Source: Phoronis australis
Lineage: Eukaryota; Animalia; Phoronida
DNA length: 64,000 nucleotides
Reading direction: 5' to 3'
Assembly: GCA_002633005.1 (NCBI GenBank)
Contig: NMRA01000039.1
Span: 24,871 to 88,870, forward strand
A program made the position numbers and the translations under genes. A model generated the notes under the pieces. The model was not told the origin of the DNA. It saw only the letters and a list, made by a program, of their open reading frames with translations, and did not search any database. Shown one piece after another: positions 50,801 through 63,302 of the stretch (positions are counted from its first letter, which is position 1; each line of letters begins with the position of its first letter).

Positions 50801-53800
50801 GAAATAGATTTTCCCCCGCACTCGGCGAAAAAATTCTCCTCTCAGAAGGAACAGTCACCTTTCCCTAGGATGAACGAGGTCCCTGAAGAAACATGATAAC
50901 TATGCTTGCTCTGTCCTGAAATTAAGCTCTAAAAAGGGGTTGATATGCTCTGGACGAACGCATTAGGTGTTTTAATATTAAAAATTCAACTTCGTCCATA
51001 TTGATAGTTGAAATTAACCTAACACATGAAATAGACGTACGAATTATTAAAACCAAAAAACAGAACTGATGGTCAAATAATTACTTGTAAATCTGTGCAA
51101 GGGAGTGAATGAGAGCCTGGATATAATGCAACAGCGATTGCTGGGATGTGCTCGTTTTTATTTTTTATTATTTTTAAAAATGATCAAATAACTTTTTATT
51201 TTCAATTGGGAGCCTGGTTTTTTATTTTAATAAAAAAACATTTAATAACATCAGTTATTGTTTCAGATAAATGACAAATTAAGTGTTAGTCCCAGTAGTT
51301 CTTACCTCACCAGGACCTAGGATCTGCTTGATGTTAATATTCTTGATCAACAAATTAAACCAGATGTGACTAATTGCACATTACAGCAAAGTGCGGTGAG
51401 CCACCATTGTCGAATATATCTTCAACTCGTCAACAATACAAGCAGATGACCTGGTTCGTGTAGAAAGCATTTTTGTCAATTTACAAGAACAAAAGTAACC
51501 CTGCATTCAGCATAATACCTAATCCATTACACAACGATCGGCGCAGTTTGGTCATATTTACTTTTCATGTTTCGAACCTAGTTTAACGACAAAATTATAC
51601 CCATTCGCCAGGCAACTCTTTGGTGCATTAACTTGTTCTCCAATATATTTTTCTATGATTCTGTGTTTAATTATCGACACGTTTTTAAGATTTAAAATCC
51701 AGGTTGGATTCGAAAGATCGGCCATTTAACTCACGCAATGTCAACTTCCGCTTTTTTTATCGCAGTGAGCCTCGCTTTGGATTTTAATGTCCGCCGCGTG
51801 AATTAGGTCTATACAGCTAGCTGGCTTTCTACCTTACTACCTGTATGTACATTTATGGTGTGACTTCTGTACTTACATTATATACTTTGTGTATGATAGT
51901 GTATTTTAAATGCTTCTTTAGTTTCCCCTTGAAGGAATAGGTGATTACCAATTTATTTTACGGCAGGATAAATTAATGTTCTGGAAAGAATCTTTACTGC
52001 CTGGGGCTGAAAGAATACCGCAAACGCACACCCTATCTAAATCTGACAGCAGTTCTGCGTTAATCATTAAAATATAATGGTCTCTTCAAGAAATACTCCT
52101 GTCTCCTGCGATGACAATTCAGTACCTGCAACCCTTGCGAAAGCACAGGTAACAGCTAGTAATGTTTTCTATCAATACATGTACGCTGAATAAGTAACTC
52201 ATAGTGTAATTGGATATACTGTCACTTACGATACAAAGTGACCATCGGTTGCTAGGGTAGACCGAACGGCACAGGACCGATAAATCGAAGACGACAAAAA
52301 AATTATTTTCATCAGGGGACACCGATGGTCAACTCAACAGTGTTTACCAAATACACTCCGGGTAGCATTCATCGCCAATCCGTCTGTACGTAGACTGCAA
52401 AGTCAATCTTCAGGAAAAACTTAAACGATAACAAGCCGATCTCCGGTAGACATGTAATCCGTCGGTAAAAAAGTATTTTGGCTCACACGCTCGACAACGT
52501 AATTCACCCTTAGAACGCAAGTTGGCCTAAAATGTGCAATTTAGAAAGCTACCTGTAGTAACTGCAGTTTCTAAATGAATCAGAATACAGTACTTGATGC
52601 TAGCGAACACAAAGTCATTTAATGAAAAGAGTCAGCAATAAATGCGCAAATGTCTACACTTTCCAAACAATAATGCCGATAATTTTTTTCACTGAATGAC
52701 TCTGCCTAAGTTGATGTCGTAATTTAAAAAAAATACCAAAACTAAACCTACTGACGTAGTTTTTACTAGAATAACATGAAGATATTAACGAGAGCAACCT
52801 TCGAGATCTTATTTTGGCGGAAGCAAAAATAGACGACGGAATCATGTGTCTTTCATACTGACATATTTAGTTTGGAATTACAGTTTTTGTGAAGGAAACG
52901 TGGACAGAAGAGAGAATAACCATTTTGTTTTCAGGTCTGTTGAAGTAGTGTGGGAGGTGAATACGGAAAAAATATCCAGGCCGGTAGCCAGCATTGCTCA
53001 GGGGCGTGGTTAGAATTTCTTGAACGGTGGACCTTTAATAGTTTGCAAACCTCGACACTTTGGAGTTTTCATTAAGGCCCTCAGTTGACGCAGCTTAATC
53101 AGGGGGAAGGGAATCTGTATACACGACGATGATTCTCAGCTCTATGTTTTTGAGATGAAACGGAATTAGTAATACCAGAGGTGAGGATGCCGTGACAGTT
53201 GCTCGCAAAGTACGAGACTCAATTCGGATGTAATATGGTCCGAAACGTTCTCGCGTTACTTCAGGCCAAATGTTCAAATCAGGCATACTTAATTGCCTTA
53301 TTACACCTACTCGGACAGAAATATTCAGTCGGAGAACAACTTGACTAATTTTTTTATTTAGTTATATTTTACGTGCTATTTAAATTCCTTACGTCGTTAG
53401 AAATGGAAATAGCCCACTACTCAGCATTCGGTTAGACGTTCCAAAGGTTCATTCCGTCGAAGGTTCACCACTACGAAAATATCTAACCTTCTCAACTCAT
53501 TTGTAATTTTTCTTTTTTACATATAAAAATGAATGATACTTCGCTTATAAGACACACTGAATTGTGTACCTATAAAGAAAACAACGCCTTGGTGCTAAAA
53601 CTCTTTGTTTGGATTTCATACGCATGTGAAATTTCCAGCATGCCTTACGAACACGAAAAATGAGAACGTTAGTGCATTTTAAAAAACATGAAGTGGAAAT
53701 ATTGAAGAATTATCAACCACGATACATTAGCCCAATTCATGTCAACGTCGCATCATTCCACAGCGCGACTGAAAAGTTTCGGGCCGCTGCGCCTAAACCT

Positions 53801-54109
53801 CACCCACCGGAACCACGCGCACGGCCGAATCCAAATTAAATGTAGTTAGCACGCTACCCTGTCCCTGCCAGTCTTCACGAACTCAGACACCCATTTAGTC
53901 TTTTTAAATTTAAAAACGTTGGTAGCCGCAGCCCCGACCCGTGCCCCAGATGTTGTCCATGCTTGATAATGAGTCGTTAGCTAGATTCAAGAATCACGAT
54001 TGGCAGTGATTGGAACTGAGCTCATTTGCAAACAATGTAAACAATGTATTAAGAACTATCTAATTTTTGCACACCCTTTAAAAGGTTACTAAATGGACAC
54101 AAATACACA

Positions 54110-54226
54110 CACAAAACGTGCCGAGAGTGGCGTACATGAAGTAATATCCCACGAGACATTATTCCGCGTATCGACCTCGACCTTTGGTCTCGGTCAATAC
54201 GCGGAATAAGGTCGAGTGGGATATTA
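54110..54226. repeat. Palindromic MITE-like hairpin (right arm continues at 57386-57421)
   Basis: taatatcccac..ttattccgcgtat..atacgcggaataa..gtgggatatta (54142-54226); the outer arm caaaacgt..gtaca..aagtaa pairs with 57383-57417. Confidence 0.7.
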
Positions 54227-57200
54227 TAGTCGGTGGGCCAGATCTCATAGCGTTCATCCTTGTGAGTACTTTGGGGGGCAACCTAGTTTTTTCTATGTGG
54301 CTAGATGATATACCTATAAATCAAAGTCCAAAAAGTTCCCACGTCTACACTTGCACATTTTTTTAAAAAAGGTGTTTTTGTTGCACAAAATATGATGCAC
54401 ATACCTGCCACTTGATGGCGCTTTTCTATTGAATTGTTGTGCTTAGTTACTTCAATATGGCTGCTCCCATGGAGTGTGATGCCTGTATAATTCAAGGTTT
54501 ATCAAACAGCACAAAATCGTGATGTCACAGCCTAACAAAGCTTAGAAAAGCTTCCTGACGAAATATGATTGACTGCGGAACTCTGTAGATCTGTAGTTCA
54601 AAAAGAAGAAGAGGTGTCACAAACGTTTGTGCAGAAAACAGCTGCATGTCCTGGTAGCCTACACAGTATACTGCTGAGTGCTGTACATGTATACTAGAAG
54701 ACCAAGTGTCAGACCAAAAAATTGAAAGGACATAGAACGGCATAGCAACGTTTCAAGGCACCAACAGTAGTACTAAAGCTGAAGTTGCTGAAAGTGATAC
54801 AGGTTTTATCCAAGATTTCCCAAGAAAATCGATTATACTTCCAAAATCTGAAACACCCAATTAAATTGAACAAGATAAGAACATTCTGAAGCATGAGTGC
54901 ATCATTTGTTAGCAGGAAAAGTACATTATAGGCCAAAATTTCAAGAAAGAGAAAGAAGTATAGCTTTCAAAAACAGGTACGTGTTTTTGAAAAATACGTC
55001 TTGGTGTTTTCCATGTGTGTTTCAGTATTATCACCAGTTGTTTTTTAACTTTTTCAGCCCATGGCTGCCTAGGCCTTAGACAATACTGCTGACCCAGTAG
55101 AGACGATGATCATACCATAGGCAGTCCATATGCCGGATACTTTTCGGCAAATTATGTTCCTATAAGTTTAGAAGTACCGCGTAGAGAGATGCCTCTGAGG
55201 AGGTCGTTAATGTTTTCATTTGTTCCCAGTTTAAACAAATACTCCTGCAATCCTGTTTTTCGAACACTCCATTCAGTTGCCACATCGACAATGCTTGCGC
55301 TGAGGGATAATCCTATGGCGTTATACTGTGGGTGTGATTTTAAAGCACTTTAAGTAAAAAATTTTTGAGAAGGTTAAATGGAGTAGATAGTTGCAAACAA
55401 CATGCCCAAGTGCCAGTCATCCCCTGCCGTAGTCTCAATTTTTTTGTAAATATTAATTACTTAGGTAGCTGCAATGATAATTAAATTAAAGTGCCTAAGT
55501 GGCCATCATCGCCGTCGAAATTTGAGGACGATGGAAGCCACTGTCCATTTCGTCAAACGTCGATTACCTTAAGTGTAAATCGATTGACTAGGGTTTGAGC
55601 TTCTGATTTAAAAAAGTAAATTTCAATCACTGCACTGGTATATCAACTGATTTATTTTCAGTTGCATCAACTGATCTATTTATTAGACAATCAACATTAT
55701 TAGGCTACAGATCAGATGGCATGTAAATTTGTTAGGCTGGTGGTGGATCAGTTCCTGATAAGTCCGTCTGAAAAAGTTGCATGCCAACTAACTCATAGTT
55801 GAATGTTAAATTAGTGTTAAAAGTTCCGTGTTTTTTCAGTTGGACTTGTATCGCAAGCAACAGCTCAGTCCAGAGCCCTGAGTATGTAAATGAAATTCAA
55901 AGATAAAGACCTTGTGTCTTAGAAGCCAAGTACATGTACATGTACTACAGATCATCATGCTATAAAAAATAGAAAGACAACGATTGTGAAGAGTGACGAA
56001 TTCACACTTTTCAGAGATGTTTTTCTGCAGTTTTGTTTGGAGTTCATTGAATCGAAGCGTCTAACACAAGGAGGTGTCATTTGCCTTTCAAAACTAAAGC
56101 AAGACTTTGAAGCTGTTCTTCAGACAGCTGGTGTGCATGAAGTTATTTGGACAGGCAATCTTAAGACATATTGTTGAAGCTACTCACTGTTGTAGTTGGT
56201 GCCCGACTAAGAGATACGAAAGTGAATTGAGTCTAGTGTTCAATAATTCACTTGCTGACTCTAATTAACACAGCCCATTATAACATATTTTGAATCAAAC
56301 GTTTGCCCAAATGGTGCCCGCCTCCAAACAAGGACTTAGTGTTTGACCCTTCATTGCCTGCGGGCTAATCACCAGTGTGCAGTGCGGTTCCCTCTATAAT
56401 CGACCATAGTTGGCTCCTTGGCGGTGGAGCTTTGCAGTTAATATGTATGGCAGTGACCGCATCTCCATTTACAGTACTAAACGATGAACGTTGCAAGTGC
56501 AAAAAGAACATGTGTGCTGGGAAACTGAGTTTGTGCTGCAATGATGGGTCAAACTGTACAGAAATGTGCAGCTGTGACAACTGTAGTAACATCAGCAACA
56601 ATGACTGCATATCATTGGAGAGTTCTTTGACAAGTCAACCCTAAATAGACCTCCAACAACGTTATTTGCTTTTCTGTATTAAAAAGTTAATTTTATATGT
56701 TGATTAAGTCATAGAAAGTACATACTTTGATCACTGTCACGTATTTGTCTCATACTGCTTGATAAACGCTGTCAGAATAATCTATTATTTTCATACAGTC
56801 GTTGTGCACATTCACAGAGATCATTCAACTATATTGTTTTTGTACTATAACGTATTTCTGGTGTATTATGCAAACAAGCTGTATTTTACATCATTAGTCA
56901 ATGTTTTAGTCGTTGAAGCACAAATTTTGCCCAGTCTCAAGTTTTTTGTGTTATTTTTGTTGCCTGACAACGCCAGAATAACATCCTAGTAACATTCAGA
57001 CTTAGTTTGCATTTTTGCCACTAGGTGTCTCTTTACGTTTTTTAAATTTCACTGTTTACAGTTAATTTACAATAGTAAAACATGTAATGTGAGTGTAATA
57101 TTGTTCGATACAATGGCACTGATGGGACCATATAACTTGTTTTACAAAAAAGTCACCAAAACTGTTGTTTTTTACAACTATAAGTTTACTAAGCTCTTTG

Positions 57201-57382
57201 GTGATTATTAGGTAACTTCAAACTCAAATTTCTCAAAAATGTGCAACTTTATATGTGGGAACTTTTCAGATTTTGAAAACACTCTAATAAATGAATTAAA
57301 AAACACCAAAATAAAATTGCCCTCCTAAAGTACTCACAAAAACCATTTTCTAGAGGCCCTACAAAATCTGGCCCACCGACTA
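54227..57382 (+). mobile_element. Academ-like DNA transposon, internally deleted
   Basis: 17-bp perfect TIR TAGTCGGTGGGCCAGAT with further imperfect extension; TAG...CTA ends; 3-bp TSD TTA; Cys-rich C-terminus CKCKKNMC..CC...NCTEMCSCDNCSN at ~56490-56590. Confidence 0.85.
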
Positions 57383-58069
57383 TTACTTTTTGTACACCAA
57401 TCGAGGTACGTTTTGTATTTATCCCAGGCGCTTCGATTTCCTAAGTTTCTCACATTTTTCGGCAGATTTTTCAAATACTTCACCCAGACTGTTCACATGG
57501 CGGATCACATCCCATATGTATGTACTTGCGCGTTAGGTTGCAAGTTTTCTCTTGTAAAAGAAACAGTTTTTAAAGTAACGATTTATTTCTTGAAAAGGGG
57601 TAACAAAGATGAAAACAACGGCAACTGTGCAGTGAACTTGTAAAATCTCCTGGAACTAGTTCAAAAACAACATTTGATATTTTAGTTTCCTAGGAATCGG
57701 CGCCTGAGATGCAGACGATATAGTATTCAGCAATTGAAAACCGAGACATAAGTGTCTTATAATTAACAGTTTGGTTCCAGATTTTACGCTTAGGGCCTGG
57801 TTGCATGTCGAGTGTTAGTTACACTGCTGCAACTGTATTACTTTAAATTATATTTGGAAAGTTTGAGTATCGAGTCGGCTGAAGACGCAAAGTCGACATT
57901 GACCTACCTTTTGAACTTTCCATGTCAGAGGTCACTGTTGAAGTAGTGCGGGAGGTGAATACGGAAAACTTTATTACATGGCCGTATTTCCCTCGACAGA
58001 TTCAACGCGTGTGGGATAAAATATTATATTCATGTCTGTTAGGACTCCTTTGCAGACAATCAGAGTAAT

Positions 58070-58270
58070 GAACTGCGTGGCTCGGTGGCTTGAGGTCGGG
58101 CTCCTGTTTGGGAAACCGGGGTTCGAATCCTGGCTTCACTGGCTAACAATCGAGGATTGTCCAAAGGTGCCTCCTACGCCTCTGAGTTCGGTCTTACTAC
58201 TGAATGTGTGCAAAGTTATGTATTAAAATCTGGGTATAACGCGAGAGCGACTCCTAGGGCTGTGCTTGTG
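58070..58270 (+). mobile_element. tRNA-derived SINE
   Basis: A box tggctcggtgg and B box ggttcgaatcc ~45 nt apart, followed by a non-tRNA body; no clean cloverleaf. Confidence 0.6.
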
Positions 58271-59278
58271 TTTAAGAGTTCTAGTCTTGGAATTGTGGAA
58301 ATTCGAAGTTTTGTAGTGAACTTTCGAAGATGGCGAGCCCTCGGAGTAGCGAACATTTGGAATAGTGGCACCTAACCTTGGAAATGTTTTCTATCAAGTT
58401 AGTTGCACGTACGAAGTCTGTGAGGCTGTGTACTATTGACACTTGACTGACAAGGAAAGTCTATCTTCATTGACCAAATTTTTATTAGGTCTAGACCTAC
58501 TTTTCCCAAGAAATGTGAACATTCTCGTTGGTGTTTTCTCAGTGCAAGAAAACACGATTATAGTTTAATTCTGGTTTTTGAGCAACGACGGAGTGCTGCC
58601 TCTAGTTAACTTGCCGTCGGCTTCTACTGTAGTTAAAAGGACGGATACGCACACACGTATAAACGCATGCATGTCAATCCACAGTCGAAGTGGATACTGG
58701 ATGAAAAGCATACCTGTATTTGACGAACGTTTCAATTCCTAACTTGAAATTACCTGCCCTTCACAACAAACCTGTTTTCTGTTGTTCTGTTACTTGCTCG
58801 ATTTAAGACATTCACACCGCGCTACTTTTGGGGCTATCTCGCTGCTATATAGCTTAGTTAAGTATAAACATTTACTTCTAGATTCTCTTGTTACCCTACG
58901 GTGTAACCACCACGTATGTTCAATGCCCATGAGTATGTAAGGCCTCCTCTAATCGTCTGCATGATCCTGTCATATACGCAAATACCACTCGCGCGAAGTT
59001 GACAGATGATTACGTGAAGCGCTTTGAATCAGAAACAAATTCAAAATTATTACTAACTCAGTAATTATTGTAGTTAGTAGCACCAGGAGATGCAACGATT
59101 TTGCTGTTGTTCATCTGTATCCTGTCTTAAGCGGACAGGCTGGCGCTGAACCTTTTTCACGGAGAGGGGTTCGATCAAACCCCGGCCTCGAAACCCCTCT
59201 GGCTACGGGCCTGATATCACATGGCCGAATTGCACTCGACAGATTCAACGTCTATAGGGATAAATAATTTTAACTCAC

Positions 59279-59392
59279 CTTGACAAAATTTGCAGGCCTT
59301 GGCACAATTTTTATTCATAAAAGACCCGTAGAATCCTTTGCAGTAGCCTACTTGTGCCCAATGTTCACAGGATTGATATAAGTCCTTGCAAC
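59279..59392 (-). CDS. Astacin gene B exon encoding an ShKT domain
   Basis: CKDLYQSCEHWAQVGYCKGFYGSFMNKNCAKACKFCQ (six-Cys ShKT pattern C.D...C..W...G.C...M..NC..(S/A)C..C); gcacag acceptor, gtgagt donor; 114 nt, phase 1/1. Confidence 0.93.
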
Positions 59393-59937
59393 CTGTGCAA
59401 TTTAAAAGAGTTTGGTGAAAATTGTTCCTAGCTCCATAATATTGTGCCTGTATTACAAACAATATTCAGTATGTATGTTATGTTCAACAACCATATGGCA
59501 ATTTAAACACTTTAAGAAGTCGTGTGATTTTTAATGGGAATGTAATGTACGTGTAGTCTAAGTGATATAGGAAGCAGGTGGCACTGTATGGTTGACTACC
59601 AACGACTTGGCAGGGGTGACAGACCACCAGAACACCAGTATGTGAAACGGTCGCAGTGTCCACCTACAGTTATGGGTCAGTCAGAGTCATGAGGCTGGTG
59701 AGAGATGCAACTTTTCCGTATTTATAAAAGATGGAAACAAAACCAATCGTATAGGAATCCTCGACAAGTTGAACGAAACTGTGCTCTGTAAATATGCATG
59801 GGATACGTCGAATTTGTTTACATTTTACTTTTTTACTTTATTTTGATTGTGAGTGCCTTTTTATTCATGAAATTTCCAGCAACTGAAAGAATGACCGAAT
59901 ATGTATTACCAATTCTGAACGTCTTTAAGTTACTCAC

Positions 59938-60024
59938 ATTCTTTCACAGGACTTCCTGGACAATAGCACTTGCAATCTTTGCCCACAAATCCCTCTCCAG
60001 AGCATTTTTTATTGGAGCATGAAC
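59938..60024 (-). CDS. Astacin gene B exon encoding a short EGF-like Cys-rich module
   Basis: (S)SCSNKKCSGEGFVGKDCKCYCPGSPVKE(C); ttaaag acceptor, gtgagt donor; 87 nt, phase 1/1, in frame with both neighbours. Confidence 0.88.
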
Positions 60025-60908
60025 CTTTAAGTAGATGTATAAATTATATACTCGAGCGGACAAGCTAGAAGTATACATCATTGACCTACACAGTGCAGGC
60101 TTGACCATTCATTATAAAGAGCAAACTGCCAATGTGACGGGTGGGAATGGTAGACGAGAGATAGGAGTGACGGGGTTATCGCAAGTGATATACCTGTAAT
60201 ACCTGTCACGGACAGAAACATTGGGGACATGCTGGTGAATTAAACCCCATCCCAGGCCATCCTCGTGACACCAGAAGGCGCAGACGAGGGCTGACGTTTG
60301 CATGTCAGCATCTGATTTGACACCACTAGGGCACGGCTCTTGTTGTGACTTCCTTCCGGTTATCGCGACAATGACGGCCCATTAACCAATTTTTATGTGC
60401 CCACATATTTATACATGTTTGTGGGCGCATTATGCCGTCATTCCCGTCCGTCCGCTCTTCCGGTGACCGGCTTCCGGCGCCCGTCGCTCTATTTCCAAAA
60501 CCCTTGGGGTATGTTAAGAAAATTTGAAAACGTATTCCTTTTGAATGAGACGGCATGAGGGAACTTTCGGAAGGATCCGACTACCCGTGTGCCCCCTAGT
60601 GACAATTATGTTTTTTGCGTTTCCTCTGTATCTTCAAATGTCCTCGACGGATTTTGATAAAATTTGAGATATAGTCATCCATTAGTGAGATGGCTATGGC
60701 CTTTGTTTTCAGATGGATTCTTTGGCGTCTGCCCCTCTATCAACCAAACTACTCCAAGGATGATTGTGAAATTTTGCATGTATATTCTGCGCGTTGCTCT
60801 TGTTATGTTTCGTTTTCATATCGGGTCACTGAAGGTGCGTCAATGACTAACCTTTTAGCCAGTTTGCCATCATAGTATACTTAAGTGCCTACGCAAGAGA
60901 AATCTAAT

Positions 60909-61725
60909 CATAGACTATAGTACATGGACAGCCAACTCCGTATACTTTCAATGGACGAAATCTTTGAGCTTGCGCACAAGCCTTTACGTCATTATTCACT
61001 GGCGACACCTGGCTAAATTATCTGGTGTAATTTCCGGCAAGTACGTTGTCTGCTAATCATGGTCGGTTGCTGTGTGGCCGGTTGTTCGGCTACGCAGGCA
61101 AAATGCAGAGGCGTTAGCTTCCACAGTGTACGGAGACCCCAAAATCCGCTGTGGGAGAAAACGTTAAGTTCTCGCGTCGACGTGAATGGGAGTTGTTCTT
61201 CCAAAAAAACTTGTACATTTGTTCACGTCACTTCGAAGATGGGTGTTTTTTAAGAGGCTCTGGTAGGCCTACTACTTAATCCTGTCTTCACAAATCCATC
61301 TTTTCTCCGTTTTGATGAAAACTATCTGGTAAACTTTTTGACGAAAAATGTCCGCTAAATTTCTTCCAATGGTAGTGACTGGTGAACTCTTGTCCTTACG
61401 AAGACCTTCAGCCATAATCTAGTGAGCGAATTAACCAAATTACTCTTCGGTGGCCCTGATCAGACGGTTGGTCTCAGCATAATGCGCACATTTGGCCAGG
61501 ATTTGGATCAGCGATTTCAACAAATTTACATTCGCGTACAAATAAATATGACGCTAGTAAAACCTTTAACATATATAAAGATTACATTAATACTTCAGAA
61601 ATAAATACCTGGACCTGTCAAAATCTCTCCCGCAATTCAACAGCAGGTTACATACTCAATTATTTATGTGGACTGTATGCCGCACAAAACTTGAACCATC
61701 TTAGCCAAGTACGCTGCAGTCTATG
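60909..61725 (+). mobile_element. THAP-containing P-like DNA transposon relic
   Basis: catagact...agtctatg ends (no TSD seen); ATG 61059 gives MVGCCVAGCS..GVSFH..P..LW..(frameshift)NLYICSRHFEDGCF, a complete C2CH THAP signature. Confidence 0.65.
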
Positions 61726-62023
61726 AAAATACCAGAATAACGAAAAACCTCGGAAGCAAGGGAAATGAACTCTAAGAGGTAGCAAGCAAGATAAAGGGGG
61801 TGGTAGGGACATGAAGCTGACGTGTGCTAATTTTCAATTCCATACTTTTATATGGCATTTTCATAATTTTGATTTGAGATGTCAACTCAGATCAAACGGT
61901 TTGAAAGTTCGGATTTTTAATTTGTAATGAACTTGAGTTGCACTGCACGTGACCTTTTATGAATTTATCGTAATTGGCTACAGACAGGCCCACCTTTATA
62001 AAAACTAGCAACGTAGACAAACG

Positions 62024-62180
62024 CATGCGCGCACCCAGGGGAAAAGTCCAAGAGAAAGAGACGAAAGTCCACAATACGGCAGTACCCCGTTCTTTATTTT
62101 AGTTCTCACGCTTTTTGTTAATAAAAGGTCCACTTTGCCAGAGATTCGAGCCCCCGTATTAGAGGCTGGGTGCGCGCATG
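62024..62180. mobile_element. MITE with CATGCGCGCACCCAG TIRs
   Basis: 15-bp TIR; same family at 34315-34564 and ~44186-44338. Confidence 0.65.
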
Positions 62181-62383
62181 AAACGTCTACACAAATTGCA
62201 CCCAATGCAGCTCCTGGTTTAAACGCGGGCTTTTTTTTCAAAGTTTGGTCAGGTATAAATAACGCCACAAACATGGAGGTTCACTGAAACACGTCTACCT
62301 TACAGATGTGACAATCCCTAGCCACGGAAAACTTGAGAGGCCGACAAAAATACTAATGATGAAATACCGGTGATGATAATCAT

Positions 62384-63079
62384 NNNNNNNNNNNNNNNNN
62401 NNNNNNNNNNNNNNNNNNNNNNNNNNNNNNNNNNNNNNNNNNNNNNNNNNNNNNNNNNNNNNNNNNNNNNNNNNNNNNNNNNNNNNNNNNNNNNNNNNNN
62501 NNNNNNNNNNNNNNNNNNNNNNNNNNNNNNNNNNNNNNNNNNNNNNNNNNNNNNNNNNNNNNNNNNNNNNNNNNNNNNNNNNNNNNNNNNNNNNNNNNNN
62601 NNNNNNNNNNNNNNNNNNNNNNNNNNNNNNNNNNNNNNNNNNNNNNNNNNNNNNNNNNNNNNNNNNNNNNNNNNNNNNNNNNNNNNNNNNNNNNNNNNNN
62701 NNNNNNNNNNNNNNNNNNNNNNNNNNNNNNNNNNNNNNNNNNNNNNNNNNNNNNNNNNNNNNNNNNNNNNNNNNNNNNNNNNNNNNNNNNNNNNNNNNNN
62801 NNNNNNNNNNNNNNNNNNNNNNNNNNNNNNNNNNNNNNNNNNNNNNNNNNNNNNNNNNNNNNNNNNNNNNNNNNNNNNNNNNNNNNNNNNNNNNNNNNNN
62901 NNNNNNNNNNNNNNNNNNNNNNNNNNNNNNNNNNNNNNNNNNNNNNNNNNNNNNNNNNNNNNNNNNNNNNNNNNNNNNNNNNNNNNNNNNNNNNNNNNNN
63001 NNNNNNNNNNNNNNNNNNNNNNNNNNNNNNNNNNNNNNNNNNNNNNNNNNNNNNNNNNNNNNNNNNNNNNNNNNNNNNN
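62384..63079. other. Assembly gap (N run)
   Basis: 696 consecutive N. Confidence 1.
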
Positions 63080-63302
63080 ACACAACCGAGGTAGAACAAT
63101 GACTGACTCGGCAGCTCTCACAGTCAGACTATATGAAAAGAAATTGGCGCGAAATGCTTGCCTCCTAAAACGTCACTTCCGCAGTAGCGGACGAGTAATT
63201 AATAAAATTACGAAAAGCTGTAATTAAGTAGAAAATATGTCTAGGATAACCAACCAACCTTATTTTAGCTCAAAATGACATGGAAAAAGGTTTCCTTCGC
63301 CT
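63080..63302 (-). mobile_element. Kolobok-like 5' end running into the gap (family of 8556)
   Basis: ...ttcgcct|TTAA; reverse complement contains ccgagtcagtcattgtt.tacctcggttgt as at 8704-8733. Confidence 0.6.

Noticed and set aside
49300-50900. CpG-richer region with several short ORFs; possible promoter or TE ORF
   Set aside because: No recognisable protein motif, termini or consistent exon; left uncalled.
51306-51500. Possible extra exon of gene B (gtaag donor at ~51305)
   Set aside because: Stops in the required phase and no ShKT or other domain pattern.
58070-58140. tRNA genes here and at ~47745-47800 and ~13962-13990
   Set aside because: Only A/B boxes (A box alone at 13962); no complete cloverleaf, so SINE-like.
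62295-63227. Four long ORFs of 239-285 aa
   Set aside because: Artefacts of translating the 696-nt N gap.
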